The translations under genes and the position numbers were made by a program. Positions 13,486 through 25,421 of a DNA stretch of 64,000 nt are shown here, piece after piece. Position 1 is the first letter of the stretch, and every line of letters starts with the position of its first letter. The stretch is from Octopus vulgaris. Its lineage: Eukaryota. The DNA is taken from positions 214,272,001 to 214,336,000 of the forward strand of contig OX597815.1 of NCBI GenBank assembly GCA_951406725.2, written 5' to 3'. A model generated the notes under the pieces. The model did no database searches. It saw nothing but the letters and a program-made list of their open reading frames with translations, and was not told the origin of the DNA.

Positions 13486-13950
13486 CTAACACAAGCCACT
13501 ACGGTTATTTAATGTAAAGTCTTCCTCAAATCACTCTCTCTCTCGCTATTTACTCTCTTCCAAGAACATTTTCACTCACTCTTAGCTCTTAGCTTCCCAT
13601 ACATTTTACTCATGTATCTATCAGCGTCATAGACAGAATACTTTCAGCTTAGTCTTCCTCAAATCACTCTGTCGCTATTTACTTTCATTTTATTCGTTGC
13701 ACACTGTGTGTGTGCGTTTGCGTGTGGTGTAAACCAGACTAAGAAAAGCATTTGACACACACACCAGAATGTGAGTTTTCTGTAAATTTTGCTTAATTGG
13801 AGTTTAAATTTTAAAAACTGGACCTGGCATGACGCGATGCATTGTACTCTTAAAAATGCTAGGTAAATTGTAATTGAAGAAATCCTATATTGTAGATTTC
13901 TATAACTCCCAAAGGGAGGCAGATAAAATCTGCCTTTTATAATAAGATAT
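13486..13950. mobile_element. HINE-like non-autonomous element, degraded
   Basis: Ends CCTTTTATAATAAGAT, similar to 12149-12688. Internal duplication AGTCTTCCTCAAATCACTCT at 13518 and 13651. Confidence 0.35.
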
Positions 13951-14671
13951 ATATATATATATAATTAGACAGACAGATATATTTACTCATGTGTGTGTGG
14001 TATTCTTTTGTAGAACACTCTTGGACTTAATAATGATTCAGCAATTGTATAAAGTTGAAACGATTTCAAACCTTTAAGAGGACAGGCAGCCTTTTGAGAT
14101 TCAATGTTGTCTATATTATAGAGATATAACAGCCTTGAAATATTATCAGAAATGGTAGAGTAGGTCATACGCAGTGTTATCAATATTGATGTGTAAAGAT
14201 GTGTGTGTGTATGTGTGTGTGTGTGTGATATGCAAAACAGAATTACGATAGTCTGGTCTACATCGTTTCCATAACTTTGTAACATCAATGATTTGGCAAG
14301 AAACTATCTGAAACAATATTTAAAGTAATTACTTACCAGAATCGAAATAGAATTTATCCGCAGCCAATAAACTGTCTTTACTAAAGCTTCAACTTAATCA
14401 AAAAATGATTATTGAGTAATCTTGTTATTAACGAAACAACTACTAGGCGGATCATTTGATACGAAATCATCCAGATATAATAGTCAGACTGAATTACAAA
14501 AACGATTCATAACCAACGAAGTACTTAATATTTATTATTTAATATCTAATCTCCTAAAACGTTATTCAATATGCAGAAAGCATTATTTAATATTCAAATT
14601 CATTATCCTAATATAACATCCTTATCGATTTGACAGATAACAGCAACAACAACAACAACAATAATAATATA

Positions 14672-14726
<55 letters not shown>

Positions 14727-15227
14727 CATTTTACACGCATTTACGAACGCCGACGCAAATATCTCATATGTTGATTTATTTTTCTATTATAGCCATGAAG
14801 TCTTTGATACTCAAATTATATGTTAAGAATGAAAAGAAGATATCTAAAACAAATTTCAATAACAATACTCAAAACTAGCGTACATTATACTTAATGCATA
14901 TGCAATATCCACAAGATATTAATGGTCATAGCTCACTAAAATGATGCAAGCGTATGACATCTCTGACATATGCTTTTATTTCTGGCGAGGTTGCAGAATT
15001 GTTAGCACACTTCGAATTTCTTCCGTTTTACGTACCGAGTTCAAATGCTGCCAAGGTCGACTTTACCTTCCGTCGTTTTTGTCATCGATAATATAACTAC
15101 TAGTCAAGTACTGCCGTCAATGTAATCGATTTGACAACTCCTTTGACCCAATTTCAGGTCTTGTGGCTATAGTAGAAAGAATTTTATATGATAGCATAAC
15201 ATGGTGTTATTCTAATTTTATTATTTA

Positions 15228-15440
15228 GGGCGGCGAGCTTGCATAACAGCATGCTGGGCAAAATGCTCAGCGGCATTTCGTCCATATTCACTCTCTGAGT
15301 TCAAAGTCCGCCGAGGTTGACTTTACCTTTCACACTTTCAGGATCAATAAAATAAGTACCCGTTGCGTACTGGAGTCATTATAATCAACTTAATTCCTCC
15401 CTTGAAAATGCTGGCCTGGAGCCAAACACCGAATCCATAT
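15228..15440 (+). mobile_element. tRNA-derived SINE family A (diverged); neighbouring copy at ~14985-15180
   Basis: GGCGGCGAGCT head, GAGTTCAAA B-box, ACCTTTCA...AATAAAATAAGTACC body. Confidence 0.7.
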
Positions 15441-16084
15441 ATATATATTTTTTTTTTTGTAGAATACCGGTAGGTTTGTAACAATGTTGCTACTTTTTCA
15501 ACGGCTTTGTCTTACGCTTAATACTAGTCTTAATGAGGTTGTTGTCATAAGCTCCCAACGATCCAGATTTGTGACCAGGCGATGTGTTCTGGTGGAAATT
15601 ACTTCACTTTATCTAATTAAGAAACTTTTCTATTTTAGAAACTTCATTTATATCGAAACCTTTATTTTCCAGAAGTTTACATATGTCACATTCATTCTTT
15701 CGGTTATATTATTTTCTTTGCAATTGTCTTCCATTCAGAATTATACTATCTGACTGAAGAGCAGGAATGAAGTGGAACGTTATAATTGTTATATAGTTAT
15801 TGTTGTAGTTGTTTCACTCTATGTCAGCCCTGATCAAGCAGATCTATAATCGCCAACCAATGACAATTCTTCCTTATGCTCATCTATGATGTCAAGAATT
15901 ACTGTATCCATCACGAATTTTTAAGACAGTAGTTTAAGATTTGTTCCTGAGAGATTTGGTTGCTATTCTTTCTAACTTCGTTGAGGTTCCCTCATCTCAT
16001 GAAACTATGTATTAGGTTCAGTTGATTAAGAAAAGGGAAAATATGGTATTGAGATGTTTGTGTGTTCCTTAAAGTATATGTGAT

Positions 16085-16553
16085 ATAACCACCACAAGTT
16101 CCAGCCTTTGTTGTGTGGTGGCCTGTGTTCCTTAATGATCCTGATAGCTACTCCAGCAGGGCACAAGCTCCAAGTAGGGTCTTTTATGCTAGACGGGTCA
16201 AAGGATAGCAGACAGACTAATATGAACCCCCTCTTCCTAGAAATAGCAATGGGTTTGCGTAGAGCCAACAGCACTGCCTAGAAAAAAAAAGCAAAGTTAT
16301 AGAAACATTGAAAACAAACCTATAAGAGCCGGGAAAGGGAACCCTTCACTCAGGAGAAAAAATAGGAAAAAGAATTGAATAGAGCCCGCATAGAAGGGAA
16401 GAGAGTGGACGCTTTCGAGATACTGAAGCAGAGCTGAAAAAGCACGGATCCAATTAGAGGGAAACAAAAAAGACAACCCTGAGTCAAGAACAGTAGAGAA
16501 AAGCCGTCGATGCCCCCTATTCTCCGGAGGGAAAGAAGGGCTTAAGTAGTAAA
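16085..16553 (+). mobile_element. Bipartite RTE-derived non-autonomous retroposon (5' UTR fused to 3' end)
   Basis: RTE-like 5' UTR motifs (GCTAGACGGGTCAAAGGATAGCAGACAGACTAA) and RTE-like 3' end (GTCGATGCCCCTATTCTCC...GGGCTTAAGTAGTAA). Recognised by style only. Confidence 0.4.
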
Positions 16554-17939
16554 TATACGTTGCATAAGAGTAATTAAATGGTTTCAACAACGTCACAGAT
16601 TGAGTTCACAACAAACTTGTCACTTTCCGTAGAGTGCCATTATTTCTCATAATCTCACAACACTTTCTTGCTTTACATAACACTCCCCCCCCCACACAGA
16701 CAAGCAACCATACACGCACAGGCATGCACATACTCTGGATATTTTCAAGTCTAAATTGGTACTAATTGATAAAAAATTAGTTTATTTGTTCACTAAAAGC
16801 CAATGAACCTTTTCCTCAAACAGGTTCACATAGGCTTAAACGTTTGATTAGAATAGACTTTCTTTGACACTGCAGGAGCTTCCCTTAAGTCAGATGTAAT
16901 AAATTGTTTGTACTTATAATCACAGAAATTCACAGTGTGATGATATGATTAATACTAACACTGGAGTACATTCCGTTTTTGGGACGGAAATTCTGGTTTA
17001 GAAAGTAACTCAAGAGGTTTAATTATGTTGTAGAGGTATACTTCTATATTTGCATTTCAATAGCCAGTCTATAAAACTACCACTATCAAATAAATATTGG
17101 CGCCTATCTTTCCGCTTTCAAATATGCTCAAACACACACTTACTCACACACACAATTTCTCCCCCTCTTTCTCTCTTTCATTCTCTCTATTCCTCCCAAA
17201 CATATATGCATTATTATAAGAGATCATTTTTCTTTTTATTAAAGATCCTCATTGACCATTCTTCTACTCTGAGGCTCGATGCACAGTCAATATTTTGTAT
17301 TGCTATTTCCTGGGATCGACCGTCATACCAACCGTTATCTGCTCTGAACTTCAATTATCACTGACGCTAAACATTCCAGAGATGGGGTTGTGCAATATAA
17401 AACCTCATATTACAAATCTATTGCCCATACTGCTATAATAAAACAGTTTAATTTTCAATTACTTTAAGTAGTCAAGTAAATTTACATATTCGAAGAAAAG
17501 AAATGCCATGCATTCACAGTAAATGGTGCTTAACTTAGAATAACTTCAATAATTCATGGCAAATAAATAACAGAGAGAAGGAAGGGCGACAACTCTACCA
17601 ATTGCATCCTCAATCCGTTTCATATTTCTGTCGCTATTTCATATAGACGCCAACCGTTAATCCCCACGCATTATTTTCTCTCTGCATCTTGTTTTTCGTT
17701 CTCTCTCCATTTTTTCCTCTCAACTCTTTCTGTCGAAAAGCGTAGGCTCGAAGCGTCAAAGACTTTTTCATTCTTCCAGAGCGCCAAACTAATACGCACC
17801 CGCTTGTTCCCTCACCTGCTTTCGTCTTTTTTCTGTAAATTTGTACTATATATGTGCGTGTGTGTGTATGTGTATGTTGTAGTGAAAACGGTACATTCCT
17901 TCCCACGTGACAAGGTGGTATGAATTAGCCACTATAAAT

Positions 17940-19838
17940 TGAGACAGTCATTGTTGGAGGTAAGTAGTAGCAGAGTCGGAGAGTAGTTGACAGTATTATA
18001 TTTGGAGTTGAGTCGTTGATGACGGAGTGTTTTCTATGAGTAAGAGAGTTAAATAATTGTTCGTTTATTGCTGTTTGATTGTTGATGTTGTTAATTGTTG
18101 TTGTTTAATTTTTTTCCCATTGAAAGCAAAATGGAGAAAACACCAGCGGGCGTCCTTAACTGGAAAAGGATCTGAAGAGAAAACGTTGGAGATAATTGCG
18201 ATTAAGGTCGAACCAAGGAAAATGAAGGGATGTGAAAAGTTGCTGGAGAAGGATGGAGAGACGTTGAAGTTGACGCCACCTGCAGAGTTGACAAACAGTG
18301 TAACGGGACGAAGAGTTACGTATAAAACAATGAAAATAGGAACGAGAAAGATAGAGATTGCGACAGTGGAGGAAATCGAAGAGGTATTGAAAAGCATTAA
18401 AACATTAACAATTTATATAACAAGAAGAAGGAAGTATGCCACCATGGAGGTGCGCTTTGCGACAGAGGAAGAGACAATAAGATCGGAGGAGTGGGTACTT
18501 TTGCTGTCGTAATGTGGCAAACGTGTGGCCAGAGTGCGAGTAGGTAAAGTACTCCCAGAACAAGAAGAAGCATGGCTGATGACAGCCATAATGTTCAACA
18601 TGAAGGATGGGGCCAACATATTGAAGGCCATAAGGACAAATAGAATCAACTACTGGGGATACGGGATCGAGCTCACTATCCAGGCAACAATAGAAGACTT
18701 AAATCGGATTGCTGAGGAGATAGTGCTACCCGACGACTTGAGATTGAGAGTGGTGGTGGTGGTGGTGGTGGTGGAGGGCAGGCCGCCTGTATGTTTTGCA
18801 TGTGGGGAGAAAGGCCACATGAAGGCGAGGTGCCCACAGAGAGAACAGAAGGAGAAACAGGAAAGTAGAGAACAAGTAGTACAGGTAGAGATGGAAGAGA
18901 AAACAATGGAGGAAGGATTTACGGTGGTGGAAAGAAAAAGAAGTGGAAGAGCGAGCCCCCCCCCCCGCCTGGTAACCAGAAAAAGAAGAAAGAAGAGGTG
19001 GAAATGAAAGATGCGACCAGAAGGAAAGAAGACAAAATGGTGATGGAGAAAGAAAGTGAAAAAGTAATTGGAAAAGTGTGCGAGAATGAGTTACAGAAGG
19101 AGGAAACAGTGTTATTTCAGCGAGGGAGATAGATTCAGGAGTACAACTGTACGAGGGTGAAATGGAGAAATTGTTCAGAGTGGAGATAGAAAAGGAACCG
19201 GAAGTAGAAAAGAGAAAACCAAGGAAAGGAAAAAATAAATAGAACTTTGTAACATATGTAAAAAAACAAAGAGACGGAAAGAAAAATTGTAAAATTTAAG
19301 CATATCATAAGGGTAAGGTTACCCACGGATATATATTCCGAAAATGTAAAGGCCATTGTAGTCGACAAAGACACATACAAGAGACTGAGAGACATGTGCA
19401 GAAACAAGATTGACCCGGCCGGAGTGTTGGTGGAGTTCGATGAACTGCCACCCGTCGTTGAACTCAGAGACGTGGAGCCTTTCATGAGGTATTAAAATGG
19501 AAAAAAAAATGAGTAAGTAAAATTGTTTTGTTGAAAGAAAAAAGTAAAAGTGTTTCAATGGAAAGAAAAAAGACAAAAAAAGATGATTAAGAAAAAACAA
19601 TAGAAAATTAGAACGATTGTAAATAGAGTGTATAAACGTTCAAATGGTACTGCATGGGAATCAGGCCCATGCAGCAATTTCATTTTTATATAACATTTCA
19701 TTGTTATATAAATATAACATGTCATTCTCATTCGTTTTATGTTTTATATCCCCATTCACCAAGAACCACATGGCTGTAAAAATAATCTTCTTTTTTAACC
19801 ATACTGCAGTGTCACAGGTTTCTGAAATAAATAAAGAA
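17940..19838 (+). mobile_element. ORF1-only (gag-like) retroelement copy 1, near full length, decayed
   Basis: Broken ORF from ~18130 to 19494 with knuckle EGRPPVCFACGEKGHMKARC (18792-18833), an E/K-rich linker and a C-terminal domain. The 3' UTR ends AATAAAGAA and no ORF2 follows. Confidence 0.7.
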
Positions 19839-19843
19839 GTATT

Positions 19844-20062
19844 CCTTTCTACACTAGACATAAGGCCCGAAATTTTTCTTTCTTTGGTGGGGCGCAGTCG
19901 ATTAGATCGACCCCAGTACGCAACTGGTACTTAATTTATAGACTACGAAAGGATGAGAGGCAAAGTCAACATGCGCGGAATTTGAACTCAGAACGTAAAG
20001 ACAGACGAAATACCGCCAACATTTCGCCCAGCATGCTAACGTTTCTGCAGCTTGCCTCCTTG
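19844..20062 (-). mobile_element. SINE family A with target-site duplication
   Basis: Reverse complement of family A, flanked by TAAATAAAGAAGTATT and TAAATAAAGAAATATT. Confidence 0.8.
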
Positions 20063-20887
20063 TAAATAAAGAAATATTAGTGGAACAATAATTGCAGATA
20101 TCCACTCCAATTTAAAGTGTTTGCACTATCAACAAATGAATAACCTAGTCAATTATTTTTGTACAAAATTCACTCCTTATCAGCATGCTTTCTATGAGAT
20201 AATAAATTCCTCATTACTAAATGGGTCAGTGCGGAAAGAAAGATTTTATGCCACTCTTAAGAAGAAACAAAAGAAGACTTGTTTGGATTGACCTGCTCAA
20301 TTGTTATATCTAGGACTCTTTGAAATTTAATATTTAACACTAAATTCTTGTGTAAAATTTCCGTTTCCTCCTAAGTGTAGTAGTAAATACAATTGTCCTA
20401 TAAGGACCTCTCTTGTAATGTATATATTAAGAATATAAATAAAAACAAAACAATCATTACCGCCTGGCTTTAGGTTATCCACTCATTGATAGTTGTCGCT
20501 AGAACACCGTCGCGACATACAGTATACCTTGAACATTTGGACCTCATGGAGCCCATCTCTCTCTCTCTCTCTCTCTCTCTTTATCTCTCAATTAATCTAT
20601 TTCTATCTCACCAGGTCTGACGACAACCGGTTTCTCCCAGAAAGAAATTGAGAGAGACTAACTGGCAGACAGAAACAAAGAGTGAGTAAAAGAGAAGAAA
20701 TCAACTACAGAGCAAAATGAAATGTAAAGTGGACCTCGGCAGGATTTGAACTCAGAGCCTAGAGTCGGAGCGATTACGGCAAATCAATCTACCGTTGAAA
20801 TTAGCAAATGTACCAAGTCCATTGTTCATTCCTCACTTATAATCATTCAAAAATCAGCTGAGGTTTTGCAAAATTATTTCTCATACA

Positions 20888-23800
20888 AAAGATTGTACAG
20901 CAGCTGACCTGGCTTCATCAAACCCAAGCCCGCAGGTGGGACTACCCACTATATACCAGACCACCACAGCAAACAGACACAGGATGGACACCGCCGGCAA
21001 CAACGTACACCTCACCTCGATACTCCTACTGAACATCAGAGGACTGCAAACACTCAGTAACAGGACAAAGATCCCGTTCCTGAGAGACTTTGTTGCATGC
21101 AATCAAGCCATATGCATAGCACTTACAGAAACGCACCTGAAACCGGACATAGCAGATGCGGAGTTACACATACCACAGTATGCTGTACTACGGACCGACA
21201 GGAAAGAAAGGAGTCATGGAGGTGTTGCTATGTACATCCGTGAGGACCTCACACCCCAGGTCCTCTTGTCATACTCAAACTCGGTGTGTGACACACTAAT
21301 TGTACATATTAGGCAACTTGATGTAGTTGTGTGTGCTACATATCGCCCTCCAGATGCCCCAAGCCATGTGGGCAAGTTTGAAGACTGCCTTATAAAAATA
21401 GAAGAAATTCTAACCACATTAGAACAACACATAGGTGTGCTTCTTATGGGAGACTTCAATCTGCCCAATGTCAGATGGCCCGAGGGCCTTTCTCTCCCAG
21501 GAATGACAAGATGTGAACGAGGACAGGCGAGGTCCCTCCTGAACCTCACCAACACCCTGTACATGGAGCAGGTAATACTCCAACCAACCAGGGCAGGTAA
21601 CACACTGGATCTCTGCTTCACAAATGACATGGATCTCATCCATAATGTGAAAGTGACACCGACACTACTCTCGGATCACAACATGATAGAGCTGACCATG
21701 TACGGGCCAAAAGAGAGCACGGACATGCAGCCTACAAGAAACCCTCAAAATCTTTCCAGCTTGAACTACCATAAGGCAAACTGGAAACAAATTGAGAAAG
21801 AGATCCTCAAACAAAACTGGCCTAAATGTCTCTCCTCGCCAGACATCGACGTGAAACTTCAACAATTCATGTCTGTAATGCAAGCCATATGCTACAAATG
21901 TGTCCCAGAGAGAAAGGCCACTGTACACAAGAACAAAATCCCCAGAGAGAGGAAAATTTTAATGAGACGGCGTACGAAATTTTCAAATCGCCTAAACAAA
22001 CAGATTGAAAGCAGTGAAAAGTCCCGCCTAAAAATAAAACTGTTGGAAATCGAAAAATGTCTGCAACTCTCCCATGAAAAAGAAAGAGCAGACAAAGAAG
22101 CCTGGGCTATAGAAAACATAAAATCTAACCCCAGAGCTTTCTACAGGTATGCCAAAGAAACAGCTACAGTGCACTGTAGAATAGGGCCACTCCTCGAAAA
22201 GGATGGCACACTTACAGGGAAACCAATGAGGGTAAGTGAAATACTGAATGAGCAATTCAAGAGTGTTTTCACTCCACCCCTTGGGCATCTCCAAATCACC
22301 AATCCAACTGACTTTTTTACCACTGCAGATATAAAATCAGAGGCGGCGACGATAGATTACATCGATATAAAGGAAGACGATGTAACCAAGGCTATAGATG
22401 AAATGAAAACAGACTCAGCTACTGGCCCCGATGGATTCCCGGCAATCCTCCTAAAAGCATGTAAGAGAGTCCTAGCAAGACCACTGCAGTTCCTCTTTCA
22501 GAGCTTCCTTGCAGCTGGCAAACTTCCAGGAAAACTGAAGGAAGGTAAAATATGCCCCATTCATAAAGGAGGTAGCAGAGCGGAAGCCAAGGACTATAGA
22601 CCTATCTCTCTGACCTCACACATCAGCAAGGTCATGGAACGAATAGTCAGAAGGAAGCTGATCACCTTCCTTGAAGAGAATGACTTGCTGCCCGACACCC
22701 AACATGGTTTCCGACCAGGGAGAAGCTGTTTAACTCAGCTCCTACAACACTATGACTGGGTGCTGAAACGGCTGCTCAACCACTCAAATGTGGAAGTGAT
22801 ATATCTCGACTTTGCAAAGGCCTTTGATAAAGTCGATCATGGAATGATATGTCACAAACTGCGTGATCTCAACATAGTTGGAAAACTGGGAGAATGGCTT
22901 CATGACTTTCTGAAGGATAGAAGTCAGGTGGTAGTAGCCAATGGGGCCACCTCCATTAACACACAAATAGTGAGCGGTGTTCCGCAGGGCACTGTTCTGG
23001 GACCACTACTGTTCATAATGGCCCTCTCAGACATGCCCTCAGCCACGCAGAGAGCCACGATCACAAGTTATGCAGATGATACAAAAGTTTCACAGGCAAT
23101 ACAGAACCCTGAGGACACTAAACACCTGCAATGTGAGCTGGACGAAATATACAAGTGGGCTGAAAAGAATAGCATGCAGTTCAATGCTGGAAAGTTTCAA
23201 GCTTTATACTATCAGCATGCAAAACTGAATGCAATACCCAATGAATACACTGGACCCGGAGGGATTGCAATCCCAGAGGCACAATCAGTGCGTGACCTGG
23301 GTATTCACATGAGTGATGACGCGACCTTTCATGTACATGTTGCTAAACTGACAATGAAATGTAGACGGCTGGCTGGATGGATTCTTAGAACCTTTAGAAC
23401 AAGAGAACAAGAAACCATGATGGTTCTCTGGAAGACACTTGTCCTAAGCCACTTTGACTATTGCTCTCAGCTATGGTCACCATCCAGTGTCAAGTTGATC
23501 ACAGAACTTGAGGCGATCCAACGAAGCTACACAAAGAAGATAGCCTCTATGCAGAATGTAAGCTACTGGGAAAGACTCAAGAGATTAAAATTATATTCCC
23601 TGGAGCGTAGGCGGGAAAGATATGCCATAATATACATCTGGAAGATCCTGGAGGGAAGTGTCCTGAACTTTGGCATCGAGAGTTACGCAAATGCCAGAAC
23701 TGGGCGCCACTGCGTGGTGTCTAGGACTCCAAACCTGCCATCAAGATGTAGGACAAGATACTGTGATAGCCTGGGCTTCCGAGGCCCACAGCTCTTCAAT

Positions 23801-24070
23801 ATCCTCCCGAAGAACCTGAGAGACCTGCATGGGGTGGATACAGATGTCTTTAAAATGAAGCTGGATCTCTTCCTGTCAGGTGTCCCAGATGAACCAACTT
23901 CACGGCAGGAGGGGCAGATGAGGGCAGCTGCATCGAACTCTCTCATGCACCAAATAGCAGCTGCTAGAAAGCCTCCATGAAGTGAAACCAAGTAGCAACA
24001 CAAAATGGCGGTGCCCCAGCATGGCCACAGCTCATAAGCTGAAACTAGAATCAATCAATCAATCAATCAA
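20888..24070 (+). mobile_element. 5'-truncated CR1/L2-group LINE
   Basis: Candidate TSD TCATACA at 20881-20887 and 24071-24077; (AATC)n tail; probable ORF1 C-terminus at 20889-21032 overlapping ORF2. Confidence 0.9.
20936..23980 (+). CDS. LINE ORF2: APE endonuclease + reverse transcriptase (uninterrupted; first ATG at 20984)
   Basis: APE motifs NIRGL, LTETHL, YRPP, MGDFN, LDL, SDH. RT motifs YRPISL, QHGF, YLDFAKAFD, GVPQG, YADD. C-terminal LYSLERRRERY. Confidence 0.95.
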   Translation: MGLPTIYQTTTANRHRMDTAGNNVHLTSILLLNIRGLQTLSNRTKIPFLRDFVACNQAICIALTETHLKPDIADAELHIPQYAVLRTDRKERSHGGVAMYIREDLTPQVLLSYSNSVCDTLIVHIRQLDVVVCATYRPPDAPSHVGKFEDCLIKIEEILTTLEQHIGVLLMGDFNLPNVRWPEGLSLPGMTRCERGQARSLLNLTNTLYMEQVILQPTRAGNTLDLCFTNDMDLIHNVKVTPTLLSDHNMIELTMYGPKESTDMQPTRNPQNLSSLNYHKANWKQIEKEILKQNWPKCLSSPDIDVKLQQFMSVMQAICYKCVPERKATVHKNKIPRERKILMRRRTKFSNRLNKQIESSEKSRLKIKLLEIEKCLQLSHEKERADKEAWAIENIKSNPRAFYRYAKETATVHCRIGPLLEKDGTLTGKPMRVSEILNEQFKSVFTPPLGHLQITNPTDFFTTADIKSEAATIDYIDIKEDDVTKAIDEMKTDSATGPDGFPAILLKACKRVLARPLQFLFQSFLAAGKLPGKLKEGKICPIHKGGSRAEAKDYRPISLTSHISKVMERIVRRKLITFLEENDLLPDTQHGFRPGRSCLTQLLQHYDWVLKRLLNHSNVEVIYLDFAKAFDKVDHGMICHKLRDLNIVGKLGEWLHDFLKDRSQVVVANGATSINTQIVSGVPQGTVLGPLLFIMALSDMPSATQRATITSYADDTKVSQAIQNPEDTKHLQCELDEIYKWAEKNSMQFNAGKFQALYYQHAKLNAIPNEYTGPGGIAIPEAQSVRDLGIHMSDDATFHVHVAKLTMKCRRLAGWILRTFRTREQETMMVLWKTLVLSHFDYCSQLWSPSSVKLITELEAIQRSYTKKIASMQNVSYWERLKRLKLYSLERRRERYAIIYIWKILEGSVLNFGIESYANARTGRHCVVSRTPNLPSRCRTRYCDSLGFRGPQLFNILPKNLRDLHGVDTDVFKMKLDLFLSGVPDEPTSRQEGQMRAAASNSLMHQIAAARKPP

Positions 24071-25421
24071 TCATACACTAAGATACAACAGAACATTTCC
24101 ACATAAACTCTTAGGAGTGAACTCAAATAAATGTACCGAATTTGCATCAGCACTGCACGTTAGACAATAAATCACTGTGCTTCGGAGCCCATAGTGTGGT
24201 CCTTGACCAAATGGAGATGAATAAATATTTTGGATACTAAATCTGAGTATTATGGCCTGTCGTTTCACCGTCTACTTAAGTATCATTGGCCTGCTTACCA
24301 AAACTGACCTCTATTATGCAATAACTACTAACGCGTCTGTCCGAAACCAAGGTGCTATTTTTGCATTGTTCTAGTCATTCCAGTCTCTGGTGTTGTACCA
24401 ATGTCGCAGGGTCATAAGCATGTTTCTGTTTCCAATATGCTAATAATTTAATAGACGTTATTTTCAAGATCGGTGGTCAACCTATAACATACAATTCCTC
24501 AGAAGATACTTGTTCAGTACTTAACAATACGGTTATTAGCAGGAGACGGGCAAGTCATTGAAACTGTTAGTCAATACTTTCAAAACTAAAAGTAGGTATC
24601 TATTTACAGCTAGATCGCCAGAGCCATTGAGAGCCAAGTACTTTTGACACAGCTTCATATCAGCAAAAGTAGAATAGTACGATCAGCTGTTTTTTAACAT
24701 TCGTTCACCGTATTCTATCAACTCATTTGACTACACACTTTTTAGTGTCTTTGTATCGCTTTTAAATAAAAATAACACGAGGTCTTTTAATGTTCGGGTG
24801 TAGTTTAAAGAAATGTTTAATTCTGATACATGGATAACTATTTTAGTGTTTTGTACCAGAAATTTTGAATTTGTTTCGTTTTCCAGTAAAATAAACAATA
24901 TTTAAAACCATTTCAAGTAAGAAAAACATTAAGGCTATTGTTATTTATAAATCAAAGAACAGGCGAGAAAATAGAAAGAAACTGTTCAAAAGAAAAAATG
25001 TTTCACAAAAAGTAACCAACTTCAATAGTTATATTCGTCAACTTTTTACCTCTCCCTATCTGTTTGTATAATAGAGATTTTCCACAACATAGTTTTAGAG
25101 ATTCGCTCTTGTACGTGTCGTCAACAGCTACGTTTACTAAAACGCATTGGTTTCTACCGATAAACTTAAAGCTTCGATTTGGCCCAACCGAGTATCTTTT
25201 AATTGTTTCAATCCTTAGACTACAGTCATGCAGGGGCACCGTGTTGAAGAATTTTTAGTCGAATCCCAGTACATTAAAACCTGATACTTATTGAAACCTC
25301 TCTTTAGCCAAACCGCTAATTTACAGGGACGTAAACACACCAATACTGGTTGTCAAGCGGTGATGGGGGACAAACCCGCAGCTACAGACACATTCATATA
25401 TATATAGGTATATATATATAT

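Noticed and set aside
18057-19007. Host zinc-knuckle gene or LTR-retrotransposon gag
   Set aside because: Intronless, with stops and frameshifts, no LTR/PBS/pol, and divergent paralogues that are 5'-truncated like non-LTR retroposons.
19836-19843. GAAG after copy 1's AATAAA as a third SINE B junction
   Set aside because: It belongs to the TSD of the adjacent SINE A; beyond that SINE the sequence (AGTGGAAC...) is not SINE B.
21214-24054. Antisense ORFs within the LINE
   Set aside because: Expected shadows of a long, GC-richer ORF; no recognisable motifs.
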